From Chloroflexota bacterium (lineage in GTDB: Bacteria > Chloroflexota > Dehalococcoidia > UBA2979), in NCBI GenBank assembly GCA_027593235.1, contig JAQCIU010000004.1, forward strand, positions 32,001 through 96,000: a stretch of DNA of 64,000 nucleotides. The letters are read 5' to 3'. The position numbers and the translations under genes were made by a program. Positions 39,498 through 49,156 of the stretch are shown piece after piece; position 1 is the first letter of the stretch; the number at the start of each line of letters is the position of its first letter. Under the pieces are notes generated by a model, which ran no database searches, had not been told where the DNA came from, and saw only the letters and a program-made list of their open reading frames with translations.

Positions 39498-40730
39498 CTA
39501 CAGTTCCGCGTCCGCGAGCTTCGTCACGACGATCGATTCAAGCTCCTCGGCGAGCCCGGCCACGGGAATGTCCTGGATGACGGACTGGAAGAAGCCGGCG
39601 ACCAGAAGCTGGAACGCCGCACGCCGAGGTAAGCCGCGGCTCTGGAGGTAGAACAGCGCTTCCTCGTCGACCGGGCCGACGGTCGCACCGTGGCCGCAGC
39701 GGATCACGTCCGAGGTCAAAATCTCGAGCACCGGGTCAGAGTCCGCCTTCGAGTGACGCGAGAGCAGCAGATTGCGATTCACTTGTTCCGCGTGCGAGCC
39801 CTTCGCCGAAACCTCGACGCGGGTGACGCCGTAGTAGATGGACTTTGAGGCACCCGCGAGCGCTGCCTTGATCTCGACATCCGAGGTCGACTTCGGACCG
39901 ATGTGGTCTTGCAGCGTGACGAAGTCGAAGTGCTGGTCCCCATCGCCGAGGGCGACGCCTCGGATCGTGGAGTTGGCGCCTTCGCCCTCGATCAGCGCTT
40001 CGATCGTCTGCTTGATGATCCGCCCGCCAATCGCGAGCGATGCGACCTGGACGTCGGCGCTGCGGCCCACGCGGCTGCGTGCAGTCGTGAACTCGCGCGT
40101 CTCCGAGCCCCAGCGATCGTCGATCAGCACGCGCACACGCGAGTCGGAATCAGCGACGATCTCGATCACGCTGGAGACGAGCAACGGAGCGTCGCTCGAA
40201 CGAAAGCGCAGCACGACCGTCGCCTCGCTGTCGACGCCAGCGTCGATCAGCACGCGCGGATAGACCGCGCTGCCCGCCGCAACGGCGGTCGCGTCGATGG
40301 TCGCCACAACGGGGCTCTCGAGGCGTGCACCGCGTGGCAGGCGCACGTAGACGCCGTCCGTCCAGTGCGCAGCGTTGGCCGCCAGGAAGCGACCCTCGGT
40401 CGTCGTGACGACGGATCCGAGGCGTTCGCGGACCTGGTCGCCCTCGGAACCGGCGATCGCCTCGCGGAGGCTGCCGGCGAAGGCGCCCGGCGGAGCGGTC
40501 GCCTCGATGGTCAGCACCGGCTCGGCCGGGGCGTGCGACTCGATCACGAGGTCGCTGACGTCCGTGTACTTCCACGGGCGGAGCTGTGGCGTCGGCATCG
40601 GAGTTGATTCGAAGGCGCGAGCGCCCTCGGTGCGACGCGCGAGGAGCCAGTCCGGCTCGTTGCGCGCGGATGCGGCTGTGATGATGGCGGCCTCGGTGTA
40701 CGCCGAGGTCGTTGTGGTGACGTCGGCCAC
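39498..40730 (-). CDS. sufD: Fe-S assembly protein SufD
   Basis: WKYTD, QHFDF.T.QDH, NRNLLLS, P.LEI..DV.RCGHGATVG..D...LFYLQSRG. Confidence 0.93.
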   Translation of the reverse strand: MADVTTTTSAYTEAAIITAASARNEPDWLLARRTEGARAFESTPMPTPQLRPWKYTDVSDLVIESHAPAEPVLTIEATAPPGAFAGSLREAIAGSEGDQVRERLGSVVTTTEGRFLAANAAHWTDGVYVRLPRGARLESPVVATIDATAVAAGSAVYPRVLIDAGVDSEATVVLRFRSSDAPLLVSSVIEIVADSDSRVRVLIDDRWGSETREFTTARSRVGRSADVQVASLAIGGRIIKQTIEALIEGEGANSTIRGVALGDGDQHFDFVTLQDHIGPKSTSDVEIKAALAGASKSIYYGVTRVEVSAKGSHAEQVNRNLLLSRHSKADSDPVLEILTSDVIRCGHGATVGPVDEEALFYLQSRGLPRRAAFQLLVAGFFQSVIQDIPVAGLAEELESIVVTKLADAEL

Positions 40731-42187
40731 TAGCCCACCGAACCTTCCATCTGCAGTTCGATCAGGCGGTTCAGCTCGATCGCGTACTCCATCGGGAGTT
40801 CCTTCACGATCGGCTCAACGAAACCGTTCACGACCATCTTCGCCGCGTCCTCTTCCGGGATGCCGCGCGACATCAGGTAGAAGAGCTGCTCTTCACCGAG
40901 CTTCGAGACCGAGGCCTCGTGCCCGATGTTCACACGCTCCTCGTCGACCTCCATGGTCGGGTAGGTGTCCGAGCGGGAGTGCTCGTCGAGCAGCAGCGCG
41001 TCACAGCGGACGGTCGAGCTGGAGTTCTCAGCGCCCTCGTAGACCTTGAGCAGGCCGCGGTAGGAGCTACGGCCGGAGCCGCGCGACACCGACTTCGAGA
41101 TGATCGCCGAGGTGGTGTTCGGCGCGACGTGAACGACCTTGCCGCCCGCGTCCTGGTGCTGCCCATCGCCGGCAAACGCCAGCGAGAGAATCTCGCCGTG
41201 CGCCCGCTCGCCCATCAGGTAGACCGACGGGTACTTCATCGTGAGCTTGGAGCCCAGGTTGCCGTCGACCCACTCCATCACCGCGTCCTCGTAGGCGTAG
41301 GCGCGCTTGGTGACGAGGTTGTAGACGTTGTTCGACCAGTTCTGAATGGTCGAGTAGCGGACGCGAGCGCCCTTCTTCACAACAATCTCGACGACGGCCG
41401 AGTGCAGCGACGCCGACGAATAGATCGGCGCGGTGCAGCCCTCGACGTAGTGCACGTAGCTGCCCTCGTCGGCAATGATCAACGTGCGCTCGAACTGGCC
41501 CATGTTCTCCGTGTTGATGCGGAAGTAGGCCTGCAGCGGGACGTCGACCTTGACCCCCGGCGGCACGTAGATGAACGAGCCTCCGGACCAGACGGCCGAG
41601 TTCAACGCCGCGAAACGGTTGTCTCCGGACGGGATGATCGTCCCGAAGTACTCCTGGACGATCTCCGGGTACTCCGCGAGTCCCTGGTCCATGCCAAGGA
41701 ACAGAACGCCCTGCTTCTCCAGGTCCTCGCGGATGTTGTGGTAGACGACCTCGGAGTCGTACTGGGCGCCCGCACCGGCGAGGAACTGCCGCTCCGCCTC
41801 CGGGATGCCCAGCTTGTCGAAGGTGTCCTTGATGTACTCGGGGACGTCGTCCCAGCTCGTGGCGTCCTGGTCGGTCGCCTTCACGTAGTAGTGAATGTTG
41901 TCGAAGTCGATTTCCTCGAGCTCACCGCTCTCGGCCCACTTCGGGTTCGGGATTTCGAGGAACTGGCGGTACGCGTCGAGGCGGTACTCGAGCATCCACT
42001 CGGGCTCGCCCTTCATCCCCGACATACCGCGGATGACGTCCTCGTTCAGGCCCTTCTCGGCCATGAACAGCGGCTTCTCATCGTCGTGGAAGCCCCACTG
42101 GTATTCGCCGACCGCGCCGCGTGCGATGTCCTTGGACGTGGCTTCCTTGGACGCGATTTCCTTGGCGATGTCTTTGGACAGGGTCAT
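40730..42187 (-). CDS. sufB: Fe-S assembly protein SufB
   Basis: [52 protein letters not shown]. Confidence 0.96.
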   Translation of the reverse strand: MTLSKDIAKEIASKEATSKDIARGAVGEYQWGFHDDEKPLFMAEKGLNEDVIRGMSGMKGEPEWMLEYRLDAYRQFLEIPNPKWAESGELEEIDFDNIHYYVKATDQDATSWDDVPEYIKDTFDKLGIPEAERQFLAGAGAQYDSEVVYHNIREDLEKQGVLFLGMDQGLAEYPEIVQEYFGTIIPSGDNRFAALNSAVWSGGSFIYVPPGVKVDVPLQAYFRINTENMGQFERTLIIADEGSYVHYVEGCTAPIYSSASLHSAVVEIVVKKGARVRYSTIQNWSNNVYNLVTKRAYAYEDAVMEWVDGNLGSKLTMKYPSVYLMGERAHGEILSLAFAGDGQHQDAGGKVVHVAPNTTSAIISKSVSRGSGRSSYRGLLKVYEGAENSSSTVRCDALLLDEHSRSDTYPTMEVDEERVNIGHEASVSKLGEEQLFYLMSRGIPEEDAAKMVVNGFVEPIVKELPMEYAIELNRLIELQMEGSVG

Positions 42188-42966
42188 GCCGTGACCGCCT
42201 CTTCCGCGACGCCGAGTTCCTGAAGAATCGGGTCGTAACCGTTCGTTTCGATTTCCTTGGCGAGCGTGTAGTCGCCTGACTTCACGATCCGGCCGCCCAC
42301 GAGGATGTGCACGAAGTCCGGCGTGATGTAGTTCAAGATCCGCTCGTAGTGGGTGATGATCAGGATGCCGATGTCCGGCGTCCGCAGCGCGTTCACACCC
42401 TCGGCGACCGTCCGCAGCGCGTCTACATCGAGGCCCGAGTCGGTCTCATCGAGGATCGCGAGGCTCGGCTTCAGCATCCCGAGCTGGAGGATTTCGGCGC
42501 GCTTCTTCTCTCCGCCGGAGAACCCATCGTTCACGTAACGGCGGGCGAAGCTCTCATCCATCTTCAGCGTCGCCAGCGTCTCGCGCAGTTCCACCAGGAA
42601 CTCCCGCGCCGGTACCTCGGCGCCGCGCCGCGCCTTCAGCGCCTCGCGCAGGAAGTTCACCATCGTGACGCCGGGGATTGCCGTCGGGTACTGGAAGGAC
42701 AGGAACATCCCCAGCCGGGCGCGCTCGTCCGCGGGCATCCCCGTGACGTCCTGGCCCTTGAAGAGAATGTCACCGCTGTCGACGGTATACGCCGGGCTCC
42801 CGGCGATCGTGTTCGCCAGCGTGCTCTTGCCGGAACCGTTCGGACCCATCAGTGCGTGAATCTCGCCGGCGCGGATCGTCAGGTCCGCACCGCGGACAAT
42901 CTTCAGCTCCGGCTTGTTGACGATGCTTACATGAAGGTCGCGGACCTCCAGGATCGGGTCGCTCAT
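42184..42966 (-). CDS. sufC: Fe-S assembly ATPase SufC
   Basis: [39 protein letters not shown]. Confidence 0.96.
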   Translation of the reverse strand: MSDPILEVRDLHVSIVNKPELKIVRGADLTIRAGEIHALMGPNGSGKSTLANTIAGSPAYTVDSGDILFKGQDVTGMPADERARLGMFLSFQYPTAIPGVTMVNFLREALKARRGAEVPAREFLVELRETLATLKMDESFARRYVNDGFSGGEKKRAEILQLGMLKPSLAILDETDSGLDVDALRTVAEGVNALRTPDIGILIITHYERILNYITPDFVHILVGGRIVKSGDYTLAKEIETNGYDPILQELGVAEEAVTA

Positions 42967-42990
42967 CGTTGCCTCTTCATCCCATCTCAC

Positions 42991-43012
42991 CGGCGGTCGT
43001 GCCCGACCGCCG
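42991..43012. other. GC-rich hairpin between sufR-like and sufC
   Basis: CGGCGGTCG-TGCC-CGACCGCCG perfect 9-bp stem; no T tract, possibly an mRNA processing or stability element. Confidence 0.5.
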
Positions 43013-43032
43013 TCAATTGATCTCGTTCAAAC

Positions 43033-43707
43033 TCACCCTCGAAGCGAAACGCCCGAGGCAGGCCGTGCCAACGGCCGTCGTACTACGTACTCGCAGGCGT
43101 CGCCGCCACTGGCCATCGTCGAGGCCTGCACGACCGGCAGCCCGAGCAGGGCTTCGATCGCACCTCGGTCGGCGTCGCACATCGCGTGATTGCCCTCGGC
43201 GCACGAGCGTACCGGGCAGGTGGTGTTGCGCAGCACGACCAGGTCGTCCCGCTGCTCGACCAGCTCGAGGATCCCCTCCTCGTGCAGCACCGCGGTCACC
43301 TGCTGCACGCGCTCGTCGAACAGCTCGGCGGTCACGCGCGGCGCGTGTTCACGCGCCACGGACTCGCCCACGCGGTCGAAGATGAGGTTCATCAGCTCGG
43401 CGCCATCGAGGCCGGACACCTCGTCGCTGCCCATGCCGGACAGCGCCGGGTAGATGCGCTCCAACAACCGTGAATAGCGAGCGCCCGAGGTCTCCTCCTC
43501 GCCCGCTTCGCTCAGCGAGTAGCGGGTGACGGGGCGTCCACGTTGCTGACGGACCAGCTCGGTCTCCAGCAGACCCTCGGCGACCATGATGTCCATGTGG
43601 CGGCGGATCGATCCGGTGGAAACGCCCACCTCGGTCGCCAGATCGGCGGCCGTCGAGGATCCACGTTCCTGCAGCAAGCGGATCACCGCGTCGCGTGTCT
43701 GCTCCAT
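43033..43707 (-). CDS. sufR: SufR-like HTH Fe-S regulator
   Basis: N-terminal HTH (IRRHM...RGRP..RY.L) and C-terminal CP..C..C....CEY ligands; first gene of the suf operon. Confidence 0.8.
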   Translation of the reverse strand: MEQTRDAVIRLLQERGSSTAADLATEVGVSTGSIRRHMDIMVAEGLLETELVRQQRGRPVTRYSLSEAGEEETSGARYSRLLERIYPALSGMGSDEVSGLDGAELMNLIFDRVGESVAREHAPRVTAELFDERVQQVTAVLHEEGILELVEQRDDLVVLRNTTCPVRSCAEGNHAMCDADRGAIEALLGLPVVQASTMASGGDACEYVVRRPLARPASGVSLRG

Positions 43708-43773
43708 GGCGCACCTCCCGCCTCGGTCCCCGCGCCTCGGGCAGAGCTGCCCCGTCGCATCGAACCTGAAGCC

Positions 43774-43838
43774 AAGCTATCGCCGGATCGAGGTGTAGTC
43801 AACGTTTCTATCGTTTTATTGCACTTAATGAGAATAAA
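43774..43838 (-). promoter_or_regulatory. suf operon promoter with upstream AT-rich inverted repeat
   Basis: Minus strand TTGACT(43802-43797)-N17-TAGCTT(43779-43774); TTTATT-N12-AATAAA at 43815-43838. Confidence 0.65.
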
Positions 43839-43920
43839 GCCTCGAACCGGCACCGCTCCGGCGCTCGATTGACAACATCTGTGCTGGCATCCATCGTCGA
43901 TCGAGTGAGGGGAGCGTGAG

Positions 43921-44526
43921 ATGTCGCAGCTCCGAACGGTCGGTCTGATCGCGCTGTTCGCCTTCGTCTCCGCGCTCGTCGTCGTCACCCCGGCCCACGC
44001 CGAATCCCCATGGTTCGTCCTGATCGAACTCGACAAGGAATCTGGACCCACCATCGTCGACAATCGCCCTGCGGCGGTGATCGGCACCCAGGTGTCGCTC
44101 GATGTCGTGGCCGGGCTTCCGGCCGGAGGCCAGACCTTCGAGGATCTGCGAGGCCGTCTCTACTACAACCTGAAGCTGCTGTTCGGCGATCCGGGGACCT
44201 GGGAACCCTACCCCTCAACGCCGGAGTCATTGATCCGCCTCGAATGGGACGCGCGGCCGCTCGTCGTACTCGCGCGCTTCTATCCCGCGATCGGCACGAC
44301 CAGCGGGGCGCTCTTCGTCGTGTGGGACATGAACGCACCAACGAATTCCTACCGGATCCACCAACCCACTGAGTCTGACCTCATCGGCCTGAGCACAGCG
44401 GGCGTGCCGATCGTCGTATCCGAGGCCGGCGGACAGACCGCGCGCCTCGTGCTGATCGCCGCCCTCGGCGTCCCGCTCATCCTCGTGCTGATGCAGGGTG
44501 GGCGGCACCTCGTACGGCGCCACTGA
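43921..44526 (+). CDS. hypothetical secreted protein with C-terminal membrane anchor
   Basis: Signal peptide ending AHA; C-terminal TM followed by basic residues; GGGGAG SD. Confidence 0.65.
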   Translation: MSQLRTVGLIALFAFVSALVVVTPAHAESPWFVLIELDKESGPTIVDNRPAAVIGTQVSLDVVAGLPAGGQTFEDLRGRLYYNLKLLFGDPGTWEPYPSTPESLIRLEWDARPLVVLARFYPAIGTTSGALFVVWDMNAPTNSYRIHQPTESDLIGLSTAGVPIVVSEAGGQTARLVLIAALGVPLILVLMQGGRHLVRRH

Positions 44527-44645
44527 CGACGAGGCGTGCCATTCGACCGTTGTCCGGCGCCGACCGCCCCCGTAGCATGCGGCGCGACGGTCACAAGACC
44601 CGACCGACAGCCACCCCAGCGCAACAACTCTCAGGGAGTCACACC

Positions 44646-45074
44646 ATGGCGGACGACGTACAGGGCCTGACGGTCGGCAGCACGGCCAGTTTCGAGAAGA
44701 CAGTCACCGCCGAGGACGTCGCCAGCTTTGCGCAGATCACGGGCGACACGAACCCGTTGCACACCGACGCCGCCTACGCGGCGCGCACGCGCTTCCAGCA
44801 GCCAATCGCGCACGGCATGCTCGGTGCCGGCGTCATCTCCGCCGCGATCGGCGCGAAGCTCGCCCCCGGCAAGGCGGTCATCTACCTCGGCCAGAATCTG
44901 CAATTCCGCGCACCGGTCATGCCCGGCGACACGATCACCGCGAAGGTCGAAGTGATCGAGGTCGACGCGGAACGCGGTCGCCTCAAGCTCAGCACCACCG
45001 TCTCCAACCAGGACGGCACCGACATCATTCGCGGCGAGGCCAACATCATGGTCGAAGCCTTGGCCGACGCGTAG
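44646..45074 (+). CDS. MaoC family (R)-specific enoyl-CoA hydratase (PhaJ-like)
   Basis: FAQITGDTNPLH, IAHGML, YLGQ.L.F.APV. Confidence 0.9.
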   Translation: MADDVQGLTVGSTASFEKTVTAEDVASFAQITGDTNPLHTDAAYAARTRFQQPIAHGMLGAGVISAAIGAKLAPGKAVIYLGQNLQFRAPVMPGDTITAKVEVIEVDAERGRLKLSTTVSNQDGTDIIRGEANIMVEALADA

Positions 45075-45262
45075 CAGCACGGGCACTCGCAGACGCATCG
45101 ACGGGCAGAGTTCCCCGCTCGAATCGGTACCAACCGGAGCCGCAAAATCTAACCGCGTTTGGATGCGTGGACGCAGCAGTTCGATTACAAACGGGCAACA
45201 TCGCGTGACCCCACAACGCTCGCGCGGATTCCACACTCAGCACTGATCAGGGGGACGCAACG

Positions 45263-46006
45263 ATGGGCGCACTGGACGGACAGGTAGCAGTCGTGACCGG
45301 GGCCAGCCGCGGCATCGGCCGTGCCTGCGCGATTGAGCTGGCAAAGCAGGGCGCCAACATCGTCGTGAACTACACGTCGAACGCCGAGGCTGCCGAGTCC
45401 TGCAAGGCCGCGATCGAGGCGGAGGGCGTCAAGGCGCTCGTCATTCAGGCCGACGTCTCGAACCCCGAGGACGCACAACGCCTGATCGCCACCGCCGAGG
45501 AGCAGTTCGGCAAGGTCGACATCCTCGTGAACAACGCGGGCATCAACCGCGACAAGACCGTCCAGCGGATGTCCGTTGAGGACTGGCAGTCGGTGATCGA
45601 GACCGACCTGTCGTCGATGTTCTACTGCACCAACGCCGTCGTCACCGGCATGCGAGAGCGCAACTACGGCCGCATCATCAACATGTCCTCGATCATTGGT
45701 CAGATGGGCAACCTTGGACAGTCGAACTACGCGGCCGCGAAGGCCGGGATGATTGCGTTCTCCAAGTCCGCGGCCAAGGAACTGGCCCGCTTCAACATCA
45801 CCGTGAATGCGGTCTGCCCCGGCTTCGTGGCCACCGACATGGTTGAAGCGCTCGACGACAAAATCAAAGAGGCGCTCATCGCCCAGATCCCGCTGGGCCG
45901 CTTCGGCACCGTCGAGGAAGTCGCCAGCACCGTGCGCTTCCTCTGCACCGAGGGCAGTTTCTACACCGGCGCGCAGCTGAGCCTCAACGGCGGACAGTAC
46001 ATGTAG
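45263..46006 (+). CDS. acetoacetyl-CoA / 3-oxoacyl reductase (PhaB/FabG-like SDR)
   Basis: TGASRGIG, NNAGINRD, SSIIGQ.GN.GQ.NYAAAK, TGAQLSLNGGQYM (PhaB-like C-terminus). Confidence 0.9.
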   Translation: MGALDGQVAVVTGASRGIGRACAIELAKQGANIVVNYTSNAEAAESCKAAIEAEGVKALVIQADVSNPEDAQRLIATAEEQFGKVDILVNNAGINRDKTVQRMSVEDWQSVIETDLSSMFYCTNAVVTGMRERNYGRIINMSSIIGQMGNLGQSNYAAAKAGMIAFSKSAAKELARFNITVNAVCPGFVATDMVEALDDKIKEALIAQIPLGRFGTVEEVASTVRFLCTEGSFYTGAQLSLNGGQYM

Positions 46007-46063
46007 CTCCCTGTTCGCCATCCGGCGGACGAACCAGACAGTCGCCCTGGCGGGCATCCGATC

Positions 46064-46092
46064 GCGAAGCCGCTCCCACCGAGCGGCTTCGC
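46064..46092 (+). terminator. hairpin downstream of the phaB-like gene
   Basis: GCGAAGCCGCTC-CCACC-GAGCGGCTTCGC perfect 12-bp stem; weak T tail. Confidence 0.55.
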
Positions 46093-46132
46093 TGCATTCC
46101 GAGGACCGCCGACCCGCCGTACGATTGGCGCG

Positions 46133-46510
46133 ATGAGCAACTCCAACCTCGTGTGGTCCAGCGACGGCGGGCGGGCAAAGCCGCGCGCCGAGCCACCACG
46201 CCCCTCGCGACCTCCGAAGCGCGGGCCCAGCTCCCGAGGTGACACCGACTCGCTGCCCACCGATCCCGGCGACGGCTTCGTGCGGCTGCACCGCGGCAAG
46301 TCCGCGAAAGGCGGCAAGCCGGGCACCCTCGTCGTCGGCCTGCCCGGCACGGATGCCGATCTCGACGCCGTCCTCAAGCGCTGCAAGCAACGCATCGGGG
46401 CCGGCGGAACGCGGCAGCAGCGGGTGCTCGTGATCCAGGGCGATCACCGCGACAAGCTGAAGACGCTCCTCGAGGCCGACGGTCACAAGGTGAAGCTCGC
46501 GGGCGGCTGA
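46133..46510 (+). CDS. yciH: SUI1/YciH family translation initiation factor
   Basis: LVWSSD..., GDG.VR, KGGK..T.V.GL, K..IGAGGT, IQGDHRD, VKLAGG. Confidence 0.85.
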   Translation: MSNSNLVWSSDGGRAKPRAEPPRPSRPPKRGPSSRGDTDSLPTDPGDGFVRLHRGKSAKGGKPGTLVVGLPGTDADLDAVLKRCKQRIGAGGTRQQRVLVIQGDHRDKLKTLLEADGHKVKLAGG

Positions 46511-46557
46511 CGTTCGATCTACCCTCGGTCGCCCGCGCGGCCACCGAGGATTGCGGC

Positions 46558-47151
46558 ATGCCCCCCACTGCGAACGATCGCCCCCTGATCGGCGAGCGGA
46601 TCGTCGTGATCGGCAACACCTCCAGCGGCAAAAGCACGCTGGCGGCGCGGCTCGCCGAAATCGTCGGCGGAACGCACGTCGAGCTCGACGCACTGTACTG
46701 GCGGATCCCCTGCTGGCAACCGCCGGAGGCCGCCGACTTTCAGGCCGCCGTTCGCGACTCGATCGCCGGGACCCCACGCTGGGCCTCGAGCGGCAACTAC
46801 CTCGGCAGCGGCGCCCAGGAGATCCTCTGGCCGCTGGCCGACACCCTGATCTGGCTCGACATGCCGCTGCCGATGGTGCTGAGGCGCGTGGTGAAACGAA
46901 GCTGGCGCCGTTGGCGGGACGACGAGTTGCTGTGGGGCACTCAGCGAGAGAACTTCTGGGACCACCTCAAGCTCTGGACCGACGAGTCACTGATCCACTT
47001 CGCGATCCGCTACCACCGCCCAAAGCGGCGGCAGTACGCCGCCGAATTCACCGACCCGCGCTGGGCCCACCTGCGGAAGTACCGGCTGCGGTCCCCCAGC
47101 GCCGTCGCCGCATTCCTCGACCGCATCGAAGCGAACCCAACGCTCGCTTAG
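46558..47151 (+). CDS. adenylate-kinase-like P-loop protein (FlaR/topology modulation family)
   Basis: RIVVIGNTSSGKSTLA, ELDALYW, GNY, ADTLIWLD.P. Confidence 0.85.
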   Translation: MPPTANDRPLIGERIVVIGNTSSGKSTLAARLAEIVGGTHVELDALYWRIPCWQPPEAADFQAAVRDSIAGTPRWASSGNYLGSGAQEILWPLADTLIWLDMPLPMVLRRVVKRSWRRWRDDELLWGTQRENFWDHLKLWTDESLIHFAIRYHRPKRRQYAAEFTDPRWAHLRKYRLRSPSAVAAFLDRIEANPTLA

Positions 47152-48320
47152 GAGCGTTCGAACACCTGCTTGCCGGTCTCGTGACGGCGGATGTACTCCC
47201 AGTCGAGCGTCGCGCCGAAGCCGGGGCCCGTCGGGACGCTGACGTTGCCGTGCTCGTCGATCGAATCGAGCTGCTCGTCGAAGTCCAGGTAGGCCGGTGG
47301 ACGGGACAGTTTCAACCGCGGGTGCACCAACCCGAGTTCGTAGTAGTTGCTGTTGCGGATCGCGGCCATGAGGTTGCGCCGTTCTGGCCCGCCGACGTGG
47401 ATCTCCGCGTCAAGCCCGAAACCCTCGGCCGCATGCGCGATCTTCATCCCGCCGGTGATCCCGCCGTCGTAGTCGGGGTCGATGCGGACGAAGTCGGTGC
47501 CGTCCGCGACGATGAAATCGACGTGCATCTCAAGACCGCGGATGTGCTCGGTCTGCAGCAGCGGGGTCCTGATCAGCTCGCGCAGTTTGCGGTGGCCGAA
47601 CGCGGAGACGCCGCCGTCACGGTACGGGTCCTCGAGCCACATGAAGCCGTACTCGTCACAGGCGCGACCGACCTTCACTGCGTCTGCGAACGTCAGCAGC
47701 GTGCTGGCGGGATCGAGCATGAGATCCATCTTGCCGCCGACGCGCTCGGCAACCGCCTTGAGTAGGTCGAGGCGCTTTCGCATCGGCGCCTCGCGCCACC
47801 AGTGGATCTTGTAAGCGGGGTAACCCATCTCAAGGCACTGCTCCGCGAAATCGGCGTACGCCTCGGGCGTGCTCAGGCCGTCGGGCTCGTCGTCGCCCAC
47901 CATCGTGCTGGCGTAGCAGGGCAGCTCGGTCCGGTACTCGCCGAGGAGCTGGTAGACCGGTGCATCGAAGAACTTGCCGGCGATATCCCAGAGCGCCATG
48001 TCGACCTGCGACATACCCATCCGCGCCTGCTGCTTCAGCGACAACTTCGCGTCGTTGTAGAACCGCTCCCGCGCGAGCGCGCTGCGACCGAGGAGCGCGT
48101 AGGCGACGTTCGCCACGCCCGCCAGTTCCGAGGCGTTGCCGCCGACGTACTCGCCGGTGATACCGAGGTCGGTTTCGATGCTCAGCACGCGCGAGCGGCG
48201 GGTCAGCTTGCCGCCCTTCTTGTAGGTCGGCATCCGCGTTTCGCGATGCGGCTCGATGTCCTGCAATTCGTACGAGAACTCGGTGATCTCGATCTTCGTG
48301 ACGATCGGTGCCTGGTCCAC
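47148..48320 (-). CDS. mandelate racemase/muconate lactonizing enzyme family protein
   Basis: DMALWDIAGK, YKIH, LMLDP, WLEDP, QTEH, GGITG.MKIAH. Confidence 0.9.
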   Translation of the reverse strand: MDQAPIVTKIEITEFSYELQDIEPHRETRMPTYKKGGKLTRRSRVLSIETDLGITGEYVGGNASELAGVANVAYALLGRSALARERFYNDAKLSLKQQARMGMSQVDMALWDIAGKFFDAPVYQLLGEYRTELPCYASTMVGDDEPDGLSTPEAYADFAEQCLEMGYPAYKIHWWREAPMRKRLDLLKAVAERVGGKMDLMLDPASTLLTFADAVKVGRACDEYGFMWLEDPYRDGGVSAFGHRKLRELIRTPLLQTEHIRGLEMHVDFIVADGTDFVRIDPDYDGGITGGMKIAHAAEGFGLDAEIHVGGPERRNLMAAIRNSNYYELGLVHPRLKLSRPPAYLDFDEQLDSIDEHGNVSVPTGPGFGATLDWEYIRRHETGKQVFERS

Positions 48321-48420
48321 GGTTCACCCTCCCCAAGATTTCGCTCCGTCGGGCAGCATAACGAGCGGGCGGCAGAGCGCCTCCTGGTCGTACCCTCGCG
48401 GGTCGAAGGGAGGCTTCGGT

Positions 48421-49056
48421 ATGGCGGAACGACTGCGCTTCTCGGCGGCGGCCGCGTACCGCCACCTGCGCGAGGCCGATCCGGTCGTTGGACGGCTGAT
48501 CGACCAGCACGGCCCCTTCACGCCCCGCCCGACCACCGATCCCTACGCCTCGCTGGTGCGGACCATCCTCTTCCAGCAGCTCGCCGGCGCCGCGGCCTCC
48601 GCGATCCAGAAGCGCCTCTACGCCAGGTTCGGCGACGAGACCCGCACGCCCACCCCGGCGGAGCTGCTCGCGACCAACGACGAGGACTTCCGAAGCGTCG
48701 GCGTGTCCCGCCAGAAAGCCGGATACCTGCGCGACCTCGCGCAGCACGTCGCCGGCGGCGAGCTGGACTTCGACCACATCGATGATTGGCCCGACGCCGA
48801 GGTCTCCGCCCACCTGGTCGCCGTCAAAGGCATCGGCGAGTGGTCGGCGCACATGTTCCTGATGTTCCAGCTCGGCCGCCCTGATGTGCTCCCGGTCGGC
48901 GACCTCGGTGTGCGCATCGGAATGCGTGTCGCGTACGACTTGACCGCCACGCCGACGGCGAAGGAGGCCCTCGTCATTGGCGAGCCGTGGCATCCGTACG
49001 CCTCGGTCGCGTCGTGGTACATGTGGCGCGCGGCCGAGACCGTGACGCCCGACTAG
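48421..49056 (+). CDS. DNA-3-methyladenine glycosylase II (AlkA family)
   Basis: LVRTILFQQL, GVSRQKA.Y, HhH KGIGEWSA, RPDVLPVGDLG, W.PY.S; GGAGG SD. Confidence 0.92.
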   Translation: MAERLRFSAAAAYRHLREADPVVGRLIDQHGPFTPRPTTDPYASLVRTILFQQLAGAAASAIQKRLYARFGDETRTPTPAELLATNDEDFRSVGVSRQKAGYLRDLAQHVAGGELDFDHIDDWPDAEVSAHLVAVKGIGEWSAHMFLMFQLGRPDVLPVGDLGVRIGMRVAYDLTATPTAKEALVIGEPWHPYASVASWYMWRAAETVTPD

Positions 49057-49156
49057 CATCGCGATCCACTCGCTCGGAAGAGCCTGCCGCGGCACGTGCA
49101 TATAATCCGGCCCGAGCCTCGCGCCACCTCGTGAGGCACCAGCGGAAGGTGTGACC

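Noticed and set aside
42118-42180. SKDIA/KE micro-repeats at the SufB N-terminus
   Set aside because: Short low-complexity duplication in a variable terminus; no functional evidence.
45075-45262. Riboswitch (c-di-GMP-like GCAAA words) in the phaJ-phaB spacer
   Set aside because: Could not build the required paired stems by eye; an Rfam/Infernal scan would decide.
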